Source of the DNA: Opitutia bacterium Tous-C8FEB
GTDB lineage: Bacteria > Verrucomicrobiota > Verrucomicrobiia > Opitutales > Opitutaceae
Length of the DNA stretch: 64,000 bases
Reading direction: 5' to 3'
NCBI GenBank assembly: GCA_002304435.1
Contig: NEUZ01000001.1
Coordinates: forward strand, 11,722-75,721
The translations under genes and the position numbers were made by a program. The notes beneath the pieces were generated by a model. That model did not search any database. It was given only the letters and a program-made list of their open reading frames with translations, and was not told where the DNA came from. This document shows, piece by piece, positions 36,250-45,646 of the stretch; position 1 is the stretch's first letter, and each line of letters opens with the position of its first letter.

Positions 36250-37602
36250 ATGAATTCCCCGGATCCCGCGCCCCACGACGCCTACGCGGCCCTGCGGGTG
36301 CCCCAGTACCGGGATTACCTCATCGGAAGCTCCCTCGCCCTGTTCGGCCGGCAGGCGGTCCTCGCGGCGGTGACCTGGCAGGTGTACGAGTGGACCCGTT
36401 CCGCCGCGGCGCTCGGGCTGGTCGGCGCCGTGAACGTGCTGCCCCTGCTGGCCCTGTCGCTTCCGGCCGGCGCGCTGGCGGACCGGCACGACCGGCGCCG
36501 CCTCATCGCCGCGGGCACGGCAGTGCTGGTGGTCGCCAACGGCCTCTTGGCTTTGCTCTCGGCCGCGGCGGCCTCGCTCCCCGCGTGGGCCCTGCTCGCC
36601 TGGGGCAATGCGGCGCTGCGAGCAGTGGCCGGCTGGTTCGAGCTCGCGGGCGACCAGGCCCAGCTGCGCTTCGACCAGCCGGCGCTGCCCCTGATGTTTC
36701 TGCTGCTCCTAGGTCACGCCACCGTACGAATCCTCGTCTGGCCCGCCCGCGCCAGCATCACCCCACTGCTGGTGCCCACCCCCGCCCTCGGCAACGCGAT
36801 CACGTGGAACTCGAGCAGCTTCGAGATCGCCACGATCGCGGGCCCCGCGCTCGGCGGTCTGCTCATCGCGGCGGGCGGCACGACCGCGGTGTACGTGCTC
36901 GGGACCTTGACGGAAATCCTCTTCCTGATCGCGATCGCGCGCGTCCGCTATTTCCACCCGCCGACCCCGGCGCCAGGGCGGCGCTCGTGGCGGGATATGC
37001 TGGCGGGCGCCGAGTTCATCTGGAACCGCAAGGTGATCCTCGGCGCGAGCAGCCTCGACCTGTTCGCGGTGCTGCTAGGCGGCGCCACCGCGCTGCTGCC
37101 CGTTTTCGCGGCCCAGATCCTCCAGGTGGGACCCGTCGGCTTCGGCTGGCTCCGCGCCGCCCCGTCGATCGGCGCGATCGCGATGGCATTCTGGCTGGCG
37201 CACCGCCCGCCCCTCGCCCGGCCGGGCCGCGCCCTGCTCTGGTCCGTCGCCGGCTTCGGCGTGGCGACCATCCTCTTCGGCTGGTCCCGCTCCCTGTGGC
37301 TGTCCTTGATCGCCCTCGCGCTGACTGGCGCCCTCGACAACGTGAGCGTCGTGGTCCGCCAGTCGCTGGTGCAGCTCCTAACGCCCGACGCCCTGCGGGG
37401 ACGCGTGACGGCCGTGAACCAGATCTTCATCGGTTCCTCCAATGAGATCGGCGCGCTGCGCGCAGGCCTGATGTCGGCGGCCGTGGGGCCGGTGGCCGCC
37501 GTCGTGTGGGGCGGTGTGGGGACCGTGCTGGTGGCGGTCGCCGTCGCCCGCGCGGTGCCTCAGCTGCGGATTCTCCCGCCGCTGCACACCCTCCGGCCCT
37601 GA
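36250..37602 (+). CDS. MFS transporter (EntS/H+ antiporter-like)
   Basis: GALADRHDRRR motif A, LDLFAVLLGG, LRGRV; multiple TM segments. Confidence 0.9.
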   Translation: MNSPDPAPHDAYAALRVPQYRDYLIGSSLALFGRQAVLAAVTWQVYEWTRSAAALGLVGAVNVLPLLALSLPAGALADRHDRRRLIAAGTAVLVVANGLLALLSAAAASLPAWALLAWGNAALRAVAGWFELAGDQAQLRFDQPALPLMFLLLLGHATVRILVWPARASITPLLVPTPALGNAITWNSSSFEIATIAGPALGGLLIAAGGTTAVYVLGTLTEILFLIAIARVRYFHPPTPAPGRRSWRDMLAGAEFIWNRKVILGASSLDLFAVLLGGATALLPVFAAQILQVGPVGFGWLRAAPSIGAIAMAFWLAHRPPLARPGRALLWSVAGFGVATILFGWSRSLWLSLIALALTGALDNVSVVVRQSLVQLLTPDALRGRVTAVNQIFIGSSNEIGALRAGLMSAAVGPVAAVVWGGVGTVLVAVAVARAVPQLRILPPLHTLRP

Positions 37603-37626
37603 GGCCGGCGAGGTCGGGAACTGACA

Positions 37627-37661
37627 CCGTCCCGGCGCCGCACGGGGCGACACCGGGACGG
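37627..37661. terminator. Stem-loop between the convergent MFS gene and ahcY
   Basis: CCGTCCCGG (37627-37635) pairs with CCGGGACGG (37653-37661); no clear U-tract. Confidence 0.45.
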
Positions 37662-37667
37662 GCACGG

Positions 37668-39104
37668 TCAATAACGGTAGTGCTCGGGCTTGTAGGGCCC
37701 GCCGACGGGCACGCCGAGATAGCCGGCTTGGTCCTTGGTCAACTTGGTGAGCTTCGCGCCGATCTTCTCGAGGTGCAGCCGGGCCACCTCCTCGTCGAGG
37801 TGCTTCGGCAGCCGGTAGACGCCGACCGCGTACGCGTCGCGATTGCGCCAGAGGTCCATCTGCGCGAGCACTTGGTTGGTGAAGCTGGTCGACATCACGA
37901 ACGACGGGTGGCCGGTGGCGCAGCCGAGGTTCACCAGCCGCCCCTCGGCAAGCAGGTAGATCGAGCGCCCGTTCGGGAAGGTGTACTGATCGTACTGCGG
38001 CTTCACGTTGATTCGCTTAGCGTCCGACTCGTTCAGCCGCTCGACCTGGATCTCGTTGTCGAAGTGGCCGATGTTGCAGACGATCGCCTGGTCCTTCATC
38101 CGCCGCATATGCTCGAGGGTCAGGATGTCACGGTTGCCCGTGGTCGTGACGTAGATGTCGGCGGTGCCGAGCGTGGACTCGACGGTGTTGACCTCGAAGC
38201 CCTCCATCGCCGCCTGCAGGGCGTTGATGGGGTCGATCTCGGTGACAATCACCCGGGCGCCGAAGCCGCGCAGCGAGTGGGCCGAGCCCTTGCCGACGTC
38301 ACCGTAGCCGCAGACGCAGGCGACCTTGCCCGCGATCATCACGTCCGTCGCCCGCTTCAGGCCGTCGGCGAGCGACTCGCGGCAGCCGTAGAGGTTGTCG
38401 AACTTCGACTTGGTCACCGAGTCGTTCACGTTGATGGCGGGGACGCGGAGCTTCCCCTTCTCCATCATCTGGTAGAGGCGGTGGACGCCGGTGGTGGTCT
38501 CCTCGGAGACGCCGCGCCACTGGGCCGCGATGCTCTTCCAGTAGCCCGGGCGCTCACGGCTGACCTTGATGAGCAGATTTTTAATGACCTGCTCCTCGTG
38601 GGAGGAGGAAGGCGTCTTCACCCAATCGCTGCCCTCCTCGAGCTCGCAGCCCTTGTGGATGAGGAGCGTGACGTCGCCGCCGTCGTCGACGACCAGCTGG
38701 GGCCCGAGGCCCTGCGGGAACGAGATGGCGCGCAGCGTGAGGTCCCAGTACTCCTCAAGGGTCTCGCCCTTCCAAGCAAACACGGGAGTGCCGACCGCGG
38801 CGATCGCGGCCGCGGCGTGGTCTTGGGTCGAGAAGATGTTGCACGAGGCCCAGCGCACGTCGGCGCCGAGTTCTTGCAGCGTCTCAATCAGGACCGCCGT
38901 CTGGATCGTCATATGCAGCGAGCCGGTGATGCGCACGCCGGCGAGCGGGCGCTTCGGGCCGAACTTGCGGCGCACTGCCATCAGGCCGGGCATCTCGTGC
39001 TCGGCGATCGCGATTTCCTTGCGGCCCCAGGCGGCAAGGGAGAGGTCCTTGACCGCGTGGTCAGGAGCCGCAGGGCGGCGTTTCTTGGCGGAGGAGGTGG
39101 CCAT
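37668..39104 (-). CDS. ahcY: Adenosylhomocysteinase
   Basis: [46 protein letters not shown]. Confidence 0.98.
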   Translation of the reverse strand: MATSSAKKRRPAAPDHAVKDLSLAAWGRKEIAIAEHEMPGLMAVRRKFGPKRPLAGVRITGSLHMTIQTAVLIETLQELGADVRWASCNIFSTQDHAAAAIAAVGTPVFAWKGETLEEYWDLTLRAISFPQGLGPQLVVDDGGDVTLLIHKGCELEEGSDWVKTPSSSHEEQVIKNLLIKVSRERPGYWKSIAAQWRGVSEETTTGVHRLYQMMEKGKLRVPAINVNDSVTKSKFDNLYGCRESLADGLKRATDVMIAGKVACVCGYGDVGKGSAHSLRGFGARVIVTEIDPINALQAAMEGFEVNTVESTLGTADIYVTTTGNRDILTLEHMRRMKDQAIVCNIGHFDNEIQVERLNESDAKRINVKPQYDQYTFPNGRSIYLLAEGRLVNLGCATGHPSFVMSTSFTNQVLAQMDLWRNRDAYAVGVYRLPKHLDEEVARLHLEKIGAKLTKLTKDQAGYLGVPVGGPYKPEHYRY

Positions 39105-39121
39105 AAGAGGAAGGGGGTGGT

Positions 39122-40336
39122 TCAGCGGAGGGCGGCCTTGAGCGCGGCAACCTTGGCGGTGGATTCCCAGGGCATCCCGGGTTTGCCGAAGTGGCCGTAA
39201 TTAGTCGTCTGCCGATAGATCGGCCGCTTGAGGTTCAGCGCCGCGACGATGTCGGCCGGCTTGAAGCTGAACACCTGTTGTACGGCCGCGGTGATGCGCT
39301 CGTCGGTGACGCCGGGCTTGGCGGTGCCGAAGGTGTTGACGTGGACCGAGACCGGCTGCGGGTGCCCGATCGCATAGGCGAACTGGATCTCCGCGTGCTC
39401 GGCGAGGCCGGCGGCGACGATCGTCTTGGCGACCCAGCGGCCCATATAGGCGGCCGAACGGTCGACCTTCGAGGGATCCTTGCCCGAGAACGCGCCACCC
39501 CCGTGCCGGCCCCAACCGCCGTAGGTGTCGACGATGATCTTACGGCCCGTGAGACCCGAGTCGCCCTGCGGCCCGCCGATGACGAACCGGCCCGTCGGGT
39601 TGATCAGGTACTCGGTGTTCCGCGTCAGCAGCTTCGCGTCGATCACCTTCTTGATCACATTCTCGATGAGGTACTTCTCGATTGTGGCGTGGCTGACGTC
39701 CGCCGTGTGCTGGGTGGAGATGACCACGTTAACCACCTCGACCGGACGGCCGTCCTCGTAGCGGACGGAGACCTGAGACTTGGCGTCCGGCCGCAGCCAC
39801 GCGACCGCCCCTTTCTTGCGGATTTCGGTGAGCTTCCGCCCGAGGCGGTGCGCGAACATAATCGGGGTCGGCATCAGCTCCGCGGTCTCGTTGCACGCGT
39901 AGCCAAACATAATGCCTTGGTCGCCCGCACCCTGCTCGGCGGTCTTCTTGCCCTCCACCTTCCGGGCGTCGACGCCTTGGGCGATGTCGGCGGACTGCGC
40001 CGTGAGGTAATTATTGATGAATACCGAGTCAGCGTGGAACACGTCGTCGTCGTTCACGTACCCGATATCGCGGATGGCGTCGCGGATCACCTGGCCGAGA
40101 TTGATGGCCTCCTCGATCGGCTTGGTGCGGCCCGTGCGTTTGTCCTGCAGCTTCGGGATCGTGATCTCCCCGCCCACCACGACGACGTTGGACTTCACGA
40201 ACGTCTCGCAGGCCACGCGGCTCTGGCGGTCCACCGCGAGGCAGGCGTCGAGCACGCTGTCGGAGATCAGGTCCGCCACCTTGTCGGGATGTCCCTCGCC
40301 GACGGATTCAGAGGAAAAAACGAACGATTTGGCCAT
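39122..40336 (-). CDS. metK: S-adenosylmethionine synthetase
   Basis: [26 protein letters not shown]; ATG at 40336. Confidence 0.98.
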   Translation of the reverse strand: MAKSFVFSSESVGEGHPDKVADLISDSVLDACLAVDRQSRVACETFVKSNVVVVGGEITIPKLQDKRTGRTKPIEEAINLGQVIRDAIRDIGYVNDDDVFHADSVFINNYLTAQSADIAQGVDARKVEGKKTAEQGAGDQGIMFGYACNETAELMPTPIMFAHRLGRKLTEIRKKGAVAWLRPDAKSQVSVRYEDGRPVEVVNVVISTQHTADVSHATIEKYLIENVIKKVIDAKLLTRNTEYLINPTGRFVIGGPQGDSGLTGRKIIVDTYGGWGRHGGGAFSGKDPSKVDRSAAYMGRWVAKTIVAAGLAEHAEIQFAYAIGHPQPVSVHVNTFGTAKPGVTDERITAAVQQVFSFKPADIVAALNLKRPIYRQTTNYGHFGKPGMPWESTAKVAALKAALR

Positions 40337-40396
40337 TTGGGTATTGGGTTGAAGGCCCGAATCCCAACCGCCTGGGAGCCCGGCGCGCAAGGCTAA

Positions 40397-40426
40397 ACAT
40401 CAACGCATCGTGATGTTATGATGCGT
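40397..40426. promoter_or_regulatory. Two overlapping ATC-N10-GAT palindromic operators upstream of metK-ahcY (SahR-like)
   Basis: ACATCA-N8-TGATGT (40397-40416) and ACGCATC-N10-GATGCGT (40403-40426), in an AT-rich patch next to a TAGCCT -10-like hexamer. Confidence 0.65.
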
Positions 40427-40486
40427 ATTTTTGCTGATGCAGGAGTCTCGAATTAAGCGGGTTGGGCCGGAACGCCGCGGCCGCGA

Positions 40487-41044
40487 TCACCGGTAGAGCG
40501 CCGTGGTGGGGGCCGTGGTGAGGACGTTGTATTGCCGGATGCCGAGGCGCCACCAGGGGGCGAGATCTTCGGTGCGGGCGCTCCACAGGTCGCGGTGGAG
40601 TTCCATCATCGAGTCCGCGTCGAGTAGTAGCGCCATCTTCTCGCGAGGGGTGAAGCGGTCGGGACCGTCGCGGAGCAACCGTTCCCGCAGTTGGGCGAAC
40701 CACTCGCGCGACTCCTCGGTGCGGCGGCGCTGGCGCAGGAGCGCGACGTGCAGCGCGTTCACGTAGGGAACCAGAATTCCGTCCGGGTCGGGATCTCGAC
40801 CAGCCGGACACCGCCCCGGCCCGAAGGGACTGCTGGGGGTCGAACTCGATCCGCCGCAGCTGGTCGTAGGACAGGCTCCGGAGCCAGGCCGGGACCCCGC
40901 CGGCGTTGGCCCGCGGCGGCACCTCGGCGAGGGCGCGCGCGCCCGCAAGGCCGCGAAGTCGGCGACCAGCGGTTCCCCGGCGAAACCCGCGGCGGTAGCC
41001 ACGAATCCGAGCAGCATCCGGCCCCACGCGCGCACGCGGTTCAT
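40487..41044 (-). pseudogene. mdoG: Deletion scar of the opgG(mdoG)-opgH(mdoH) periplasmic glucan operon
   Basis: MdoG-like N-terminus (ARALAE..LRSLSYDQLRRIEFDP), MdoG-like internal piece GRGGVRLVEIPTRTEF, and MdoH-like C-terminus (PYVNALH..LLLDADSMMELHRDLW), joined with frame changes. Confidence 0.8.
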
Positions 41045-41979
41045 CGCTCGAGGAAGAAGCCCCGCTGCCGGTCGGAAACCGGCAGGCCGGCCCGTTCCAT
41101 CACTTGGAGCAGGTCCTCCCAGATGAGCCGCTTCCGGCGGGGCGTCGGCTCACGGAGGATATAGCTCGGATGGTAGGTCACCATTAGCGGGATGCCACCG
41201 AAGTCGTGCCAGCGCCCGCGCACCTCGCCCAGCGTCTTGAACGCGCCCGCCCCGAGCAGTCCCTGTGCTGCCGTCGCCCCGAGCGCCACGAGGAAGCGCG
41301 GCGCCACCACCTCCACCTGCGCGCGCAGGAACGGCAGGCAGTAGGCCATCTCCCCGGCGGTCGGCGGCCGGTTGCCGATCTGCTCCTGACCTTCCGCCGT
41401 CGGCAGGCCCGGGCGCCAGTTCATAATGTTGCCGATGTACACCTCCTCCCGCGCCACCCCCATCGCGACGATCATCCGCGTCAGCAACTGCCCCGCCGGG
41501 CCGACAAAGGGTTCGCCCTGAAGCTCCTCCTCCGCGCCAGGCGCCTCACCCACGAACATCAGCGCCGCATCGAGCGAGCCTACCCCCAGGACCACGCGCT
41601 TGCCGGGCCGCAGGTGCGCCCGGCAGTTCTCGTCGCCCTCGACCAGCGCCTTCAGCGCGGCCCAGCGCTCCGCTTTCGTCCCGGACGGCAGCCGCACCTC
41701 CGGTGGCTTGCGCAACGGCTCCGCGACCGCCGCGACCGCCGCCGCGGTCCGGACCGCCTCCCGGGGCCGGACGGGCGCCGGCGGAGGATTCACCGCGGCG
41801 GGCGTGGCGGGCGCCGCGGCCGGGGCGATCGCGGCCTGCTCCGACGCGGTCGCCGCCGCACGCCGGCCGACCACCCGCCGCAACCGCTCAAGGGTCTCGT
41901 CCGCCACCGGCACGGTCGTCACGCCAGCCAGCTTCAGCCGCCGAAGCTCCTCCGTGATCGCGGTAAGGGATTCGCGCAT
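41041..41979 (-). CDS. Uracil-DNA glycosylase, family 4-like
   Basis: MFVGEAPGAEEE, PFVGPAGQLL, TYHPSYIL. Confidence 0.9.
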   Translation of the reverse strand: MRESLTAITEELRRLKLAGVTTVPVADETLERLRRVVGRRAAATASEQAAIAPAAAPATPAAVNPPPAPVRPREAVRTAAAVAAVAEPLRKPPEVRLPSGTKAERWAALKALVEGDENCRAHLRPGKRVVLGVGSLDAALMFVGEAPGAEEELQGEPFVGPAGQLLTRMIVAMGVAREEVYIGNIMNWRPGLPTAEGQEQIGNRPPTAGEMAYCLPFLRAQVEVVAPRFLVALGATAAQGLLGAGAFKTLGEVRGRWHDFGGIPLMVTYHPSYILREPTPRRKRLIWEDLLQVMERAGLPVSDRQRGFFLER

Positions 41980-41986
41980 CGCCAGC

Positions 41987-42583
41987 TCAGGTTCCGCGCA
42001 CCCGGAGCAGCCGCGCGACGTGCTTCGCCAACAGGTCAAACTCAAGATTCACGGCGTCTCCCGCGCGCCGCTCCCGTAGGTTCGTGACCGCGAGCGTGTG
42101 CGGGATGAGCCAGACGGCGAGGTGCTCCGGCGCGCACTCCGCCACGGTGAGGGAAATTCCGTCGATCGCGATGCAGCCCTTCGGCACCACCAGTTCGCCG
42201 AACTCCGCCGGAAAACCGACCCGCAGGTAATGATCCGCGCCGCGCGACTCGAAGGCCTCCACCCTGCCCGGCACGTCGATGTGCCCGGTGACGAAGTGCC
42301 CGCCCACCTTGCCGTCGAAACGCAGGCTCCGCTCGAGGTTCACCGCCGCCCCGGGCGCCAGCATCCGGAAACTGGTCAGCCGGCGGGTCTCCTCCAGCAC
42401 GTCGAAGCGCAGGCCCGCCGCATCAGACTCGGCCACCGTGAGGCAGCAGCCGTTCACGGCGATGCTGTCCCCGAGCGCCACCCCGGACAGCACGGCCCGC
42501 GCCGCGACCCGCAGGGACCATCCCCGCGGAGTCGGCGCGAACTCCGCGACCGTGCCCGCTTCCTCGACTATGCCCGTGAACAT
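41987..42583 (-). CDS. ribE: Riboflavin synthase (alpha chain)
   Basis: MFTGIVEE, GDSIAVNGCCLTV, VNLER, GGHFVTGHID. Confidence 0.96.
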   Translation of the reverse strand: MFTGIVEEAGTVAEFAPTPRGWSLRVAARAVLSGVALGDSIAVNGCCLTVAESDAAGLRFDVLEETRRLTSFRMLAPGAAVNLERSLRFDGKVGGHFVTGHIDVPGRVEAFESRGADHYLRVGFPAEFGELVVPKGCIAIDGISLTVAECAPEHLAVWLIPHTLAVTNLRERRAGDAVNLEFDLLAKHVARLLRVRGT

Positions 42584-42646
42584 CGCGCCGAGGGAAAACG
42601 TGATTGCCCGTTCCGCCAAGCCGCAAAGCGCCGGCGCGGGGCGAGC

Positions 42647-44698
42647 TCAGAACTCCCAGATCACGCCCGCGCTGGGCAGGAACGGCAGCTGCTCGCGCGC
42701 CTCCCGGCGCACGGTTACCTCGTTGCCCGTGACGCTCACCTTCCGGTCGTAGCCGAGGAAGTTCAAGCGGTCATAGGCGTTGAAGACGTCGAGGTGCACC
42801 CGCAGTTCACCGGTCCGCAGGGGAATCCGCCGCGTGGCCCGGAGGTCGAGCCGGTGGTAGGCGGGCAGCCGCAGCCCGAACGCAGGGCCATTGGCGGACA
42901 CCAGCAGCCGCCGGCCGTTGTTCAGCGGGGCGAGCGCGTAGGTCACGTCGGTGGTCGGCCAGCCGGTGTGGAAGTGCCACGCCGCGCTGAACGTCCAGCG
43001 ATCGTCCGGCGCGTAGGTGACATCCCCGTAGGCCGCGTGCCGCTGGTCGCGCGCGCGCGGCACCCAGCGGCCCGCGATCCGCTCCTCGGTGCGCGCCCAG
43101 GCGTAGCTCGCGTTCCATTGCCACGGCCCCCGCGCCCGGCCGGCCAGCAGCACCTCCACGCCGCGGGCGCGTCCCCGGTCCGGATCGAGCCGCGCCCGGT
43201 CGGCCTGCGCCTCCGGGAACAGGTCGTAGGCGTTGTCGAGGTTGACCCAGCGCGGGCGCAGGCGGCTCGAGGGCCGGTCATACGCCTCGACCCGCAGGGC
43301 GGCGGCGGTCCCCAGCCGGGTCTCCAGGCCCAGCACCCGGTGCTCCGCCCGCTCCGGCGGCGCGAACCGGCGCTCGCCGTCGGCCACCGCAAGCTCGTGC
43401 AGTCCCTGCGCCTGCGCGTGGCGGCCCCACGCGGCGCGCCACGTCACCTCGCCGGTGACCCAGGCCACGTTGACCCGCGGGCCCCATTCCGTCGCGGAAG
43501 TTCCCGGGGCCCGGTCGGCCCGGAGTCCCGGTTCCACCAGCAGGCCACCCGGCAGGATCACCCGCGTCGCGGCGAAGGCGCCGCCACCGGTGTCCCGCGG
43601 GTCGAGCCGCGCGTTCACGGCGGAGGTCCGCGCGACTTGGACGCCGTTGACGACCACGCTGCGTTGCTGGGTCAGCGCATAGTCATAGCGGGCGGAGGCG
43701 CGCCGCGCTTCCGCACCGGCCCGCCAGAGCCAGCCGTCGCCGAGGGCCCGCGACCACTCCGAGCGGAGGTGCGCCGTATCCAGGCCGCGGCGATCCCGCA
43801 GGCTGAAGGGGAACCCGTCCAGCCGGCCGGAGCCGGTCCGGTTCCACGTGAGCGCCGACCAGGAGGCGACCGTCTCGCCCTTCCATCCGGCGCGTTCCTG
43901 GACCCGCCACCGGACCCAACCGCTGGTGGTGTCGTAGCCGCTGCGCAACGACGGCGAATCCGTCCGCGCATAGCGCAGGTCATCTCCCGCGTGCAGGGCG
44001 TGGAACGACACCGCGTGGCCCGGCGCGGGCGTGAATTCGACCTTGGCTAGGCCGTCGAAATACCGCGGCGAAACGTCGTCGTCCCGGCCTGACGCCTGCA
44101 GCGCCACGTCCGGGTAACCGCGTCGCCCCGTCACCAGATAGCGCGCCCCCCCGGGCAAGGTGCCCTCGCGCCGCAGGCCGAGGCCGGTGAGGCTCAGGTC
44201 GACCGCGGAACGCGTCCGCGCCTCGCTCCGGGTCTCGAGGGTCAGCACGCCGGCAAGCCGGTCCCCGTGCTCCGCGCCAAAGCCGCCCGTGGCGAGCTCC
44301 AGCCAGCCGATTACGGCGGGATCCACGATGGAGAGCGCGCCACCGACGTCCTTGAGATGAAAGGGCTCGATCAGGTCGAGGCCGTCCAGCCGGCCGCGCA
44401 CTTCGGACTGCGGCGCGCCGCGCACCCAGAACTGGGCGGAGATGTCATCGGCGGCGAGGCCAGGCAGGCGGGCGATGGAGCGGTACAAATCCTGCCCGAC
44501 TTGGGGGAGCGTTTCGAGCTGGCGTCCGGTCATCGCGGCCGCGGAGCCCACGGCCTGGTCAGCGACCCCGAAGCGGCTGGGCGTGACCACCACCTCCGCG
44601 AGTCGCACCGCCGGTTCGGCGGCGGCGGGCGCAGCGGCCGGCAGGGCACGCGAGGAAGAGAGAACCAGCCAGAGGAGCAGCAGCGGCGTCGGGCGCAT
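42647..44698 (-). CDS. TonB-dependent receptor
   Basis: Signal peptide, TonB box-like EVVVTP, plug VRG, LPAYHRLDL, C-terminal WEF; ATG at 44698. Confidence 0.88.
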   Translation of the reverse strand: MRPTPLLLLWLVLSSSRALPAAAPAAAEPAVRLAEVVVTPSRFGVADQAVGSAAAMTGRQLETLPQVGQDLYRSIARLPGLAADDISAQFWVRGAPQSEVRGRLDGLDLIEPFHLKDVGGALSIVDPAVIGWLELATGGFGAEHGDRLAGVLTLETRSEARTRSAVDLSLTGLGLRREGTLPGGARYLVTGRRGYPDVALQASGRDDDVSPRYFDGLAKVEFTPAPGHAVSFHALHAGDDLRYARTDSPSLRSGYDTTSGWVRWRVQERAGWKGETVASWSALTWNRTGSGRLDGFPFSLRDRRGLDTAHLRSEWSRALGDGWLWRAGAEARRASARYDYALTQQRSVVVNGVQVARTSAVNARLDPRDTGGGAFAATRVILPGGLLVEPGLRADRAPGTSATEWGPRVNVAWVTGEVTWRAAWGRHAQAQGLHELAVADGERRFAPPERAEHRVLGLETRLGTAAALRVEAYDRPSSRLRPRWVNLDNAYDLFPEAQADRARLDPDRGRARGVEVLLAGRARGPWQWNASYAWARTEERIAGRWVPRARDQRHAAYGDVTYAPDDRWTFSAAWHFHTGWPTTDVTYALAPLNNGRRLLVSANGPAFGLRLPAYHRLDLRATRRIPLRTGELRVHLDVFNAYDRLNFLGYDRKVSVTGNEVTVRREAREQLPFLPSAGVIWEF

Positions 44699-44794
44699 CG
44701 GGGGCCAAGCTGCGGCGCGGCCCGGCGAAGGCAAACGCGCATCGGGCTTGCGGCGACGTCGCCCCGCGCCAGCTTTCCGCCGACCACCACCCCG

Positions 44795-45631
44795 ATGCGT
44801 TCCCTGTTTCCCCTCGCGCTCGCCCTCCTCCCCTCCGCATTCGCCGCCGACCCCGGCGCGCTGCGCTCCGCCCTCACGCATCACGCGTCCTTCGACCGCG
44901 GCTTCGATGCCGACTTCTCGCGCGGCGATCCGAAGCTCCATTTTTCCGGCGGACCCAAAGACACGCCGCCCGGACCGGGCGAACACATCCGGCTCGCGCC
45001 CGGCGCGGGTCGCTTCGGCGGCGCGCTGCGGGTCACCCGCAAGAATCCCGTGCGGCCCTACTACCACCAGCAGGGCGTGCTCGACTACCGGGCGGGCAGC
45101 TGGAGCGGCAGCGTCTCGGTCTGGCTGCGGATCTCGCCCGACGAGGACCTCGAGCCCGGCTACTGCGACCCGGTGCAGATCGTCGGCGGCGACAGCAAGC
45201 GGGGTTTTATGTTTCTGGAATGGTCGAAGGATGAGACGCCGCGGCTGTTCCGCTACGCGATCCGCCCGCGGCTTGAATTGTGGAATCCGCAGAACGTGGA
45301 CTGGGCGAAGCTCACCGACGCGCAGCGCCCGATGGTGCAGGTGGCGCGGGCGCCGTTCGCGCGGACCCGCTGGACGCACGTCGTCTTCACGTGGGACCGG
45401 CTGAACGAGGGCAAGGCGGGCTCCGGCCGGCTTTACCTCGACGGCGAGCCGCAGGGCGCGATCACGGGCTGGCAACTAGACCTCGGCTGGGATCCGGCGC
45501 AGGTGCGGCTGGTTCTCGCCGCGGCCTACGTCGGGGACTTCGACGACCTCGCGGTCTTTAACCGCGAACTCACGCCCGCCGAAGTCCGCGCCGTGATGGC
45601 GCTGCCCACGGGCATCTCCGGCCTGCGCTGA
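44795..45631 (+). CDS. Secreted LamG-like protein
   Basis: Paralog of 7431-8303 (shared LRSAL..HA, DLEPGYCDP, WTHV, LYLDG, DDLAVFNREL). Confidence 0.8.
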   Translation: MRSLFPLALALLPSAFAADPGALRSALTHHASFDRGFDADFSRGDPKLHFSGGPKDTPPGPGEHIRLAPGAGRFGGALRVTRKNPVRPYYHQQGVLDYRAGSWSGSVSVWLRISPDEDLEPGYCDPVQIVGGDSKRGFMFLEWSKDETPRLFRYAIRPRLELWNPQNVDWAKLTDAQRPMVQVARAPFARTRWTHVVFTWDRLNEGKAGSGRLYLDGEPQGAITGWQLDLGWDPAQVRLVLAAAYVGDFDDLAVFNRELTPAEVRAVMALPTGISGLR

Positions 45632-45646
45632 GGGCGCCGGCCGCGC

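Noticed and set aside
40337-40450. SAM-II/SAH riboswitch before metK
   Set aside because: GCTAAA and AGGAG-like words are on the antisense strand; the palindromes fit a DNA operator better
44752-44763. Palindrome GGCGACGTCGCC in the divergent TBDR/LamG spacer
   Set aside because: Single GC-rich 12-mer, plausible by chance; no second copy seen
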